Source of the DNA: Pirellulales bacterium
GTDB lineage: Bacteria; Planctomycetota; Planctomycetia; Pirellulales; JACPPG01
Length of the DNA: 64,000 nucleotides
Direction: 5' to 3'
Assembly (NCBI GenBank): GCA_036490175.1
Contig: DASXEJ010000088.1
Coordinates: 1-64,000 of the forward strand
In this document: positions 49,604 through 57,988 of the stretch, in pieces
Layout of the letters: the number at the start of each line of letters is the position of its first letter
How positions within the stretch are numbered: position 1 is the first letter of the stretch
Made by a program: the position numbers and the translations under genes
Notes under the pieces: model-generated
What the model was told of the DNA's origin: nothing
The model's database searches: none
The model's input: only the letters and a program-made list of their open reading frames with translations

Positions 49604-50668
49604 TCATGACAAGCGGGCGCGACGCTTGCTGGTTGCGCGCTTGCGCGCGGCGCGGGGCACGCCACCAGTTCTGCCGCCCGTCTTCGGCAGCGAGCCGGTG
49701 TCTCGATATCGCGTGAGCATTTGCTGGCAGCGACTAATGATCAGATCCCGCAGCGCCTGCGGCTGTAGCACTTCGACCTGATCGCCATAGCCTAAAATCC
49801 ACCAGGCAATTTCCTGAATGCCGGATACCGTGACATGAAAATCGAGACGCCCGTCGTCGCGCCAGACAAGGTGCTGCGTTTTGTGCCACGTCACCTCGCC
49901 CACATTCTTGGCAACCAGCTTTTCAAACCGCACCACGATCTCTTGATCAGGCCCCGGTTCGGGAATCAAATGCCACGCATTCCGCAACTGGCGCTCGATC
50001 GAGAAGCCTCGCGGGAATTGGAACCTCTCGTCGAGTTCTTCCAGGTTGCGGATCCGGGCGACGTTAAAAGTGCGCGTCTGTCGATGTACGGACGAACGAG
50101 CAAACACAAACCAGCTGCGACGGCTGAAGAGAAGGCGGTACGGACTTAGCTTCGTGCGAATGATCTCGCGATCGCTGAAGCTATCGTATTCGATGCGTAC
50201 GCAACGGCGCCTGGCGATAGCGCCGATCAATTGTTGATACACCGGCGCACTGGCGTTCGAGCCACTGGTAGCGCCTAGCCGCAAGTGGATCGCCCCGGCT
50301 GCCTCGCGCAGATACTCGCGCAATCGCTCGGGTAGCGCACTCTCTAGCTTGATCGCCGCCGCACGGGCCGGGGCATGGAAGGGAATTCCAGATCGATCGC
50401 CTAGGTCGTAACATAGCACCAGAAGGGACAGAGCTTCCTCGGGCGTAAAGTTAGTCGGCGGCAGGAAGTTCATCCCTAGAATACGATAACGTTGTTCTTG
50501 CTCGTCGTACTCCAGGGGTACGCCGGCCAGCCGGAGGATATCGAGATCGCGAAAGATCGTCCGCCGGCTCACACGACAGTTAACGGCCAAAGATTGCGCG
50601 TTATGCCCCCTACCGGACTGCAGCAGTCCCACCAGTTCCAGCAGGCGAGTTATTCGGGTCAGCGTCAT
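49604..50668 (-). CDS. WYL-domain transcriptional regulator (HTH-WYL-WCX architecture, PafBC/BrxR-like)
   Basis: N-terminal wHTH (TRITRLLELVGLLQSGRGHNAQSLAVNCRVSRRTIFRDLDIL) and a central WYL-like region (RIEYDSFSDREIIRTKLSPYRLLFSRRSWFVFA). Confidence 0.7.
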   Translation of the reverse strand: MTLTRITRLLELVGLLQSGRGHNAQSLAVNCRVSRRTIFRDLDILRLAGVPLEYDEQEQRYRILGMNFLPPTNFTPEEALSLLVLCYDLGDRSGIPFHAPARAAAIKLESALPERLREYLREAAGAIHLRLGATSGSNASAPVYQQLIGAIARRRCVRIEYDSFSDREIIRTKLSPYRLLFSRRSWFVFARSSVHRQTRTFNVARIRNLEELDERFQFPRGFSIERQLRNAWHLIPEPGPDQEIVVRFEKLVAKNVGEVTWHKTQHLVWRDDGRLDFHVTVSGIQEIAWWILGYGDQVEVLQPQALRDLIISRCQQMLTRYRDTGSLPKTGGRTGGVPRAARKRATSKRRARLS

Positions 50669-52943
50669 TGGCCATCAATACGCGTTCTGGTATCTGCGGG
50701 GCAAACGATGCCTGTAGCAGAGACGAGACGCCGCGTGTCGCCGGTAGCGAGGGGACCGTAGGGGCCTGGATCGGTTTATTCGCGGCCCCCCAATCGTACG
50801 ACAGATTATTAGAGTTGCTTGCTGGCATCCCGGGAACAGGTGCCAGACCGGACCTCGTGGCCCCCCCGTTCGCCGCACCCGGGCGTCGCGGCGGCACGGC
50901 ACCCGTGTCTGATACGCCCGGCATGGCCTGACCAGGAGCGGGCGTGGGCACGGATTCGGGAACCGGCTTCGGCGGTGTATCCTGTCCATCGCCTTTGAAG
51001 ATCATGTCTCCTTCTCCGACCTTTTGATTGACCGGACCGCGACTGAAAACGTTCGGTTGGATGAAACCGTAATTGATCTGGAAGCCGGCATCACGCTCAC
51101 GTGCTCGCTTGCGGGCGTCGAAGTAAGCCTTGCCTGGCCAAGGACCTTCCGCGAGGTAGACGTTGTTGTATTCCAACAGCGATCCCTTGCGGTAATGCAC
51201 CGTGCGAATCGCCAGGTTGTAGTCGATCAGCGACCGGAAGTAATCGCTCATGGCCACGGCCAGCCGGCGTTGGGCATCTAACAACAAGTCGAGTGTTACG
51301 GTGTCCGTCTCGTACGCCGCACGCACCGCTTCCACGTTCACCCGGGCGGCGATCAACCGGTTGAAATTGGTCTCCGTCAACTGATAGGTTCGATCGAGCG
51401 TGCGAATGGCCGAGGACAAGCCGTGCACCATTTCCAGCTCTTCTTCCTGCAAGACGGCCCGCTCTCTGGCCAGTTGCAGTTGGGCATTGCGGACACCGGA
51501 CAAGGCGGCACGGAAACCGATCGGAACGTTGGCCTGGAATCCCATTTGCCATTCCTGGAAGTTGCCACTCGTCAAAGACGCCATTGCGTTCTGAAACTGG
51601 TCGATGCTGCGTCCCTGTTCCCACAGATTTTGGCCGAAGCCCAACCAGCGATACGTGGCGTCGAAGTCCAAGCGGGGCAAAAGGAAGTTCTTCGAGGCGA
51701 TCAGTTGCAGCTCGCGCTGCTTCACGATCCACTTCTGACGACGAAGCTCTGGCATACGGGCCAGGCTTTCGATCTTCACTTCGTCCCAATCGAAATCCAC
51801 GCGGGCCGTTGTCGGATCGTCGGCCGGACGAATCAATCGGCCGTCGGTCGGACTGATACCCATTTGATAGCGAAGCCGGTTCTCGGTCTCGTACACCTGG
51901 CTGACCGCGGCTTCCACCTGGCCGCGGAACAAGAAGTATTGCTCGCGGGCTTGGGCTTCTTTTTCCGCTTCACCGCCACGTGCCCCCGCATCGTAGAGGG
52001 CCTTCACCTTTCTCCAGGTCGACAGCGCGCTGTCGCGGCCGACGACCAGCGCATCCAGGTTGCGATAGGTGAAGTACAACTCCCAATAGGCCAACTCGGT
52101 ATCGTTCACGACATCGCGAATACGACCCTCGAAGTCGGCAATCGCGATGTCGACGTTCGAGCGGGCGATGGCCACGCCGTTATAAACGCCAGGGATGTTC
52201 GTAAAGCCGCCGACGCCCGGGATACCGCTGGGACCGGCGATGCGGTTGAACTGCGTACCACCACCTTGCAAAAAGGGATGGCGGAATTCTGCTTCAAAGT
52301 TAGTCGTATAGTACGCTGGGAAGAGGTTGGACGGGTTGTTGTTCATGTCATAGTTGGTGTTGTTGCGGAAGTAGACGCGATCGCCTGCCGCCGTAACCTT
52401 GGCCAACTGTGTCTGAAACTGCGCCGCGTCCTCTTGGAGAACGTTTGCCAACGCTCCGCCGAAGGTCGTATTCACCGGATGGTCGTTCTTTTGCCAGAAG
52501 ACGCTGGTGCTCCACTGCGTATCGAAGTTCGCCAACGTACCTTCAACGCCGAAACGCGGATCGCTTTCCGTGATGGCCGGTGCATAGACCGTTTGGGCAT
52601 TGAGCGGGGCCAACGACACTTGGAACGTGGGATTCGTCACCTGGCCGCCCAAGGTGCGAAATACCTTGCTATTCTCCAGGGTGACCCGCACGGCCTCTTC
52701 CAGTCGCAGAGGCCAGAACTCCTTGGGCTCGGGATTCTCCAGCGTGAGCGGCCTTTGCGAGCCGCTAACGTCGGGGATGGTATCCGCATTGACATCCGGA
52801 TACTCGACCTCGGTGGCGACACCCTTATAGTGCGAAAGATCGCCATCCTCGAAGAAATAGAATGGCCTGCTGGGCTGGCATCCAGCGATCAGCACCACAA
52901 TGGCGGTCAGCACGGCCCAAAATTTGGCATCTCGCAGGCTCAT
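50610..52943 (-). CDS. Outer-membrane efflux lipoprotein (TolC/NodT family) with a long Pro/Gly-rich C-terminal tail
   Basis: Lipobox (VLIAGC), and repeated OEP-type helices (e.g. ARVNVEAVRAAYETDTVTLDLLLDAQRRLAVAMSDYFRSLIDYNLAIRTV). The tail overlaps the start of the WYL regulator gene by ~58 nt. Confidence 0.7.
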   Translation of the reverse strand: MSLRDAKFWAVLTAIVVLIAGCQPSRPFYFFEDGDLSHYKGVATEVEYPDVNADTIPDVSGSQRPLTLENPEPKEFWPLRLEEAVRVTLENSKVFRTLGGQVTNPTFQVSLAPLNAQTVYAPAITESDPRFGVEGTLANFDTQWSTSVFWQKNDHPVNTTFGGALANVLQEDAAQFQTQLAKVTAAGDRVYFRNNTNYDMNNNPSNLFPAYYTTNFEAEFRHPFLQGGGTQFNRIAGPSGIPGVGGFTNIPGVYNGVAIARSNVDIAIADFEGRIRDVVNDTELAYWELYFTYRNLDALVVGRDSALSTWRKVKALYDAGARGGEAEKEAQAREQYFLFRGQVEAAVSQVYETENRLRYQMGISPTDGRLIRPADDPTTARVDFDWDEVKIESLARMPELRRQKWIVKQRELQLIASKNFLLPRLDFDATYRWLGFGQNLWEQGRSIDQFQNAMASLTSGNFQEWQMGFQANVPIGFRAALSGVRNAQLQLARERAVLQEEELEMVHGLSSAIRTLDRTYQLTETNFNRLIAARVNVEAVRAAYETDTVTLDLLLDAQRRLAVAMSDYFRSLIDYNLAIRTVHYRKGSLLEYNNVYLAEGPWPGKAYFDARKRARERDAGFQINYGFIQPNVFSRGPVNQKVGEGDMIFKGDGQDTPPKPVPESVPTPAPGQAMPGVSDTGAVPPRRPGAANGGATRSGLAPVPGMPASNSNNLSYDWGAANKPIQAPTVPSLPATRGVSSLLQASFAPQIPERVLMANDADPNNSPAGTGGTAAVR

Positions 52944-53613
52944 GAATTCGCGTCCTACACGACGGAGTTGCCGTTGATATTCATTGGCGATTTGCCCGCT
53001 CGAGCCGTTGCCTCACGTTTATGTTAGGCGGCGGAGTCGACGGCAAACTGGGCGCAGCCCTCCGGGGCGCTCCCATCGTCAAACCAGATATCGACCTCGT
53101 AATCGTCAAACTTGCATAAAATCATTTAATCGGCAGTCTCAACGATCGCCACGCAAACTTCGCGTTCATCTTATGCATCGCATTCAACGCAAACTTACGA
53201 TCAAGCGCGAGTTCGGGCGCTCTGGAGTTAAGCTAGCGCCGTCTCCCAGCCGAGTGACTGCTGCTGACTTTCGCGGAGAAGTCGGCAGCAGCCCGATGAA
53301 TCACCGATATGGACGTTGGTCCAACGAAGAACCTAGCCGAGGTGGCTCGCTAGCTGTGCTACCAGGGCGGGCAAAGCGATAGGTAGTCGAGGCAGGGACG
53401 CAGCCAGAAGCCCTCGATCGGCTCGCTGCGAAGACTCCGATAGAATTGGTCCCAATGGCCCCAGAATCGGCTAGTGAGCCGTCAGTCCGCTTCTGGCCCC
53501 GCGCCTATCGCCGCCGGGGACAATTGATGTTCCGACAGCCTGGAAAATCGCCAGTATGCCACTAGCGCAAGCATTAGATGGGCATGCTAGCGTAGCAAGC
53601 CATCAGGCTCGAC

Positions 53614-54090
53614 TTAGAGATACATGCCGACGAATCCGCCGTGGTCGTCACTATCGGCCTGGATTTTTCGCACGCGCTCGACAGTTTGCTGAAGATCACC
53701 GGCGGTAATGTAGCGATCGAACTCGGCGCGCACGGCAACGGGCACGGTCTCGGCAAACCAGTGGACAACCGGCTCTGTCAACCAATCGCAGGTCTCGCGC
53801 GTCAGTTCGACGTGCAGATCGCACACCTCTGTCTTCTGATCCGACGCGCCGGTGATCGCCGTGCCTTCGAACCGAAATTCGATTACCCCCAAATCGGGCA
53901 CATTGAGCAGATGAAACGCGCAGGTTGCGTTATACAGATAATACGAATTCAATGTTCCGTGCTTGGCGATCGCTTCCAGAATGCGCTCGCAACGGGCGCG
54001 GAATTTTGGGGACGCGTCAATCGGGATGTCTGTCCGCTCGATGGAGCGCAGCGGCAGACAATCGAATGAGATGTCGACGTAACGATCCAT
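53614..54090 (-). CDS. Hypothetical protein (158 aa), probably an operon partner of 54106..56271
   Basis: Clean non-repetitive ORF lying 16 nt after the upstream stop. No motif recognised. Confidence 0.5.
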   Translation of the reverse strand: MDRYVDISFDCLPLRSIERTDIPIDASPKFRARCERILEAIAKHGTLNSYYLYNATCAFHLLNVPDLGVIEFRFEGTAITGASDQKTEVCDLHVELTRETCDWLTEPVVHWFAETVPVAVRAEFDRYITAGDLQQTVERVRKIQADSDDHGGFVGMYL

Positions 54091-54105
54091 AGGAGATTGT
54101 TCTCT

Positions 54106-56271
54106 TTAGCGGGCCAGCGCAGCGGCTGCGGGCGATTCGCCTGTCGCATTGGCCATGTTGGCCGCTCGCACCTGATGCCAGCCAATGCTGAGCCATCCCT
54201 GGTCGGCCGAGACGGCCTCGACCCCCAAGGGGCCGGCGGCCTTGAATTCGCCTTTAAGCGCCGTCGGCTGATCCTTGACGATCTGCTCTTCGAAGATTTT
54301 CCCCAAGCGGCGGACCATCAATTGGCGCAGTGTGGTTTGGAGCAGTGATAGCCGCTTTTCGCCCCCCTGTACGAAACCCGGCGGAAAGATCTCGATGTCG
54401 CCGATCCTGGTGGCTTTTATTCCCTCGCCAAACTTCTCGAGCTTGTAGTTCACGGTGAAATTCATGGCCGGAAACGAACGGCTGCCCGAGGTGTACTTCT
54501 TTCCTCGGCCGGTGAACACGAAGCCGCCGTCGGCAACCTTGAAGATCACAGGATCCTCGTCGGCAAAAGTAATCGTCCAGGGTTCCTTGCCTGAGTCATC
54601 CTTGATTCGGTCCGGCACTTCGCCCAAAAAGTCCTTGGCAAACTTTTCCAGTTCTGGTTGGCCGATTGTTTCGCCGGCTAGTGTACCGGCGGTGAAGTTG
54701 TTCACCAACGATTCGTGCAATCGCATGGCTACCTGCGGCTTGCCGGCAATGTCGGGGGCGCGACCTTGGGCGCCCAATTGCGCGCCGTGCGCCTGCAGTG
54801 CGGTCACATACATCCAATCGTCGCTGCTGCTGAAATAGATGTGCGGAAGATGGCCACGGCGCACCAGCGGATTGCGAAAGCGCTCCTGAAACTGCAAGTT
54901 CGAGCGGGCAAGTTCTTTGCCGATCTGATCCTCGAACTGACGATTGAGCCTCGTCTCGGCATGTTGCGCCGCGATCTTTTCGGCGCTCCCTTTTTGCTGT
55001 GCGACACGTTTCGTTGCAACGCGTTCGACTACACACCCCATTACACCAGACTTGGACGAGCCAATGCCCGTGATCTTTGTCGACGTGTCGGCACCGGCCG
55101 TGGCGGGCTGGCCATGTATGCCCTCGGCATCGATAGTCAGCCACTTAGTTGCCAATAATCGAGTGGTGCCGATGCTATGAATCACCGCCGGTCCGTTGTA
55201 GCCCGTGTTGCGAGATTGATTTACCGCTTCCAAAGTCGCTTCGAGCATGGCCACATCCGCGTTGGGCATCAGACGGAACGAAACATCTCCCTGCGTGCGT
55301 CCAGATCCCACGATTCGCGTCCCGAGGATGACATCTCTCACGGGGCTTGTCTCATCGACCTGCCGATTCATGCCGGCAGCCAGGAAGTCGCCTGACACAT
55401 TCACATACAGGTTGGGCTGCGACAGTCGATGCATGACTGAATCGACCAGTGGCAGCACTTGCCGGCGGTCGACGAGCCAATCCAAGTCGACGCCAATCTG
55501 CTTCAACCGTACCTCGGAGGGCTCCTTGACATAGGCCTGCAAATGCTCACCCAGCTGGTCGATTTGCGCGTCGAACTCGGTCCGTGACTTGGGATTACGG
55601 TATACCGAGAGGGTGACCATATAATTGGCCAGGGCCGTAGCAACGTTGGCGAACTGCGATCGATCTAGCCCCCCTTTATCGGAACGAAACTGCGAAAGAA
55701 CCTTGGCAAGCGATTCCAGGGAGGGCGAAGCATTCGGTTGCAGTTGCTCATTGAGCGTATCCAATTGCAGAAATGCCCCCCAGGCACGGCCGTTTGCATC
55801 ACCTCCAAGATAACGACGAAGGGTCGCGGTAGCCCGGGCAACCTCGGCACGATCGGCGTCCACAGCGGCAGCGTCGGCCGGATGGAACTGTTTCTTTCCT
55901 TCTCGGACGATCTCGACTAGCTGGTCAAGCTTGGGAGCCGACAGGACCTGTCGCCACTGGAGCACAGCCTCGCGAAGCTTTACGAAGGGGCCCCGATCCA
56001 GCCCCGGCGCGCCGGTCTCCAACCGCTCTAACACGGCGACAACTTGGTTGACGTCGGCCGCCTCTTTCAGGTCGAGTTGAGCATGAAGATCCTGCAATCG
56101 TAAGTACTTACGCCAGCCCTCGGCCGAAGGTGCGTCAGCTAGCCAAGTCTCGAGCTCGGCCAGAGCCTGACCGACGGCCAAATCGCGACCTGGTTTTTGC
56201 GCGTAAGTGACTGTGCAAAAACAAGTTATCAACGCCCAGATCAGGGCAACCCGCTTGCGGTTATGTGGCAT
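54106..56271 (-). CDS. Secreted hypothetical protein (721 aa)
   Basis: Signal peptide MPHNRKRVALIWALITCFCTVTYA. The body is long and mostly alpha-helical, without low complexity. Confidence 0.55.
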   Translation of the reverse strand: MPHNRKRVALIWALITCFCTVTYAQKPGRDLAVGQALAELETWLADAPSAEGWRKYLRLQDLHAQLDLKEAADVNQVVAVLERLETGAPGLDRGPFVKLREAVLQWRQVLSAPKLDQLVEIVREGKKQFHPADAAAVDADRAEVARATATLRRYLGGDANGRAWGAFLQLDTLNEQLQPNASPSLESLAKVLSQFRSDKGGLDRSQFANVATALANYMVTLSVYRNPKSRTEFDAQIDQLGEHLQAYVKEPSEVRLKQIGVDLDWLVDRRQVLPLVDSVMHRLSQPNLYVNVSGDFLAAGMNRQVDETSPVRDVILGTRIVGSGRTQGDVSFRLMPNADVAMLEATLEAVNQSRNTGYNGPAVIHSIGTTRLLATKWLTIDAEGIHGQPATAGADTSTKITGIGSSKSGVMGCVVERVATKRVAQQKGSAEKIAAQHAETRLNRQFEDQIGKELARSNLQFQERFRNPLVRRGHLPHIYFSSSDDWMYVTALQAHGAQLGAQGRAPDIAGKPQVAMRLHESLVNNFTAGTLAGETIGQPELEKFAKDFLGEVPDRIKDDSGKEPWTITFADEDPVIFKVADGGFVFTGRGKKYTSGSRSFPAMNFTVNYKLEKFGEGIKATRIGDIEIFPPGFVQGGEKRLSLLQTTLRQLMVRRLGKIFEEQIVKDQPTALKGEFKAAGPLGVEAVSADQGWLSIGWHQVRAANMANATGESPAAAALAR

Positions 56272-56652
56272 CCGTCACCTCGCAATCTGGGCGAAGAAGG
56301 GAAAACTAGGGAAATAAAGGCGCGCAATGGCTGTGATACCAGGAACGGCATAAGAAAGCCATCCAATCCGCTATCGGCATGACCCGATTTTCTGCTCAGC
56401 CGGTTGATTCCGGCCATCCGCCCTGGTACACCAATACCTCCCAGATCGCGCAATCGGAAAAGCCGATCACTGGCCCACCTGACCGCAGCGGCTCCTAGGC
56501 GCCCTTGCCGCCGCTGCCTGGTATCCCCATCCAATAAAAAACCTGGCCCAGAGCCTGGACGGAGAGACCCTGTTTCCTTGGTTTGGCCGCTAGCACTGAC
56601 TGCACGGCCCATTGCCAATGAATGGTTCGAGTCGCTTATTTCGGAGGGAACT

Positions 56653-57561
56653 ATGAGTTTGTACGCGACGATCTCACGAGCAGCGGCGACCGTGGCGTGT
56701 GCCGCGGCCATTTTGACCCTTGTCACACCAGCTCCGGCTTACGCCAGCGATTACCGATCCCAGGCTCCGCACTGGGAGACAGACTACGCGCTAGCAATGC
56801 AGCGGGCCGAGCGGCAGCAAAAGATGCTGCTGATCCATTTCTTCGACGAGGCCAAACCGGCTAGTTCAAAGCCCTTCCTCAAGGAAATCGAGAGCAAGCC
56901 CGCGCTGACCGACAAGCTGTCCAAGTTTGTCCTCGCCCGCCTACCCCTCGACACAGAAATCACTGTCAAAGGGCAGCCATCGAAACTGTTGGATCATCCA
57001 GCATTTGCGGAAATGGAGAAGCGGCAAGGCCTTGTAGTTATCGATTACGCTAACGAGCGAAGCGAGTACTACGGTCATGTCGTCAGCGCGCTGCCGTTCA
57101 AGAGCGGGAAGTACTACCATTTCAATCCCAAGCATGTTGCCGTGATCTTGGATCTGCCCCCTGGCACGCAGACGCAGCGGGCCCTAGTCTTTGCCGTCCG
57201 AATTCACCCGGAAAGCCCCAAGAGCGCTAAGGGGGAGTTGGACCCCCATTTGGTGGACGAAGCCAAGAGCCACTCGAATTATCAGGCTAGGATTCACGTA
57301 CAGGGGCATCACAATTGGGAATCCCGATTCCCGCGCATCTCGCGACTGTTACCGTTTGGCCTGCGCCCTCAGGAGGTCGTCGCCGAGAGTTGGCCGCACG
57401 AAAACCTACTCGATGCTGCTGTCGATTGCGTTCATAGCTGGCGGCAGTCCTCCGGCCATTGGGGGGCTGTCAAACAGGACCAGCCAAAATTCGCGTACGA
57501 CATGCGACGAGGAAGCAACGGCATCTGGTATGCTACGGGCATCTTCGGGAACTACCACTAA
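56653..57561 (+). CDS. Secreted hypothetical protein (302 aa); the C-terminal part is weakly reminiscent of a CAP/SCP-like fold
   Basis: GGAGGGAA precedes the ATG. Signal peptide MSLYATISRAAATVACAAAILTLVTPAPAYA. The CAP-like assignment (SGHWGAV, IWYATGIFGNYH) is speculative. Confidence 0.55.
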   Translation: MSLYATISRAAATVACAAAILTLVTPAPAYASDYRSQAPHWETDYALAMQRAERQQKMLLIHFFDEAKPASSKPFLKEIESKPALTDKLSKFVLARLPLDTEITVKGQPSKLLDHPAFAEMEKRQGLVVIDYANERSEYYGHVVSALPFKSGKYYHFNPKHVAVILDLPPGTQTQRALVFAVRIHPESPKSAKGELDPHLVDEAKSHSNYQARIHVQGHHNWESRFPRISRLLPFGLRPQEVVAESWPHENLLDAAVDCVHSWRQSSGHWGAVKQDQPKFAYDMRRGSNGIWYATGIFGNYH

Positions 57562-57988
57562 ACGGTGACCGGCGTTTCGGAGTTACCGGTCGCGCCGGAT
57601 GAAGAAACCAGCGCCGAGCCCTCACCAGTTGCAGCAGATTTGTCTGCTTTGCGACGGGCGAGGGCTCTTTTTTGCGCGGTCATTTGCGGCGCCTTCAATT
57701 GGTGGTGACTCGCAGTCCGTGACGCACAGTTCGTCCTGCAGAGCACGGACGAAATGTCGCACACTCCGAACACATTGCACCGGTGATAACGGTTGCGCGG
57801 TGACGTTGCCATTTTTCGGCGCGACACGTTGAGAAAAGTCACCGTGTTGCAAAAAGTGCGTGGTACGTTTTATCCAGACCGAATCTCTTACCAAGCGCCC
57901 AAAACTGGAACTCCCTGCCGCCGAGACATGGAGTTCGGCGAGCGATTGCAAACGATCGCCCGCGCGTTGAACCGAGGACAATGTTGTC

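Noticed and set aside
51423-53027. 534-aa plus-strand ORF opposite the TolC-like gene
   Set aside because: Antisense mirror ORF of a gene with clear outer-membrane efflux protein features. The translation is low complexity, rich in R, G, L, D and H.
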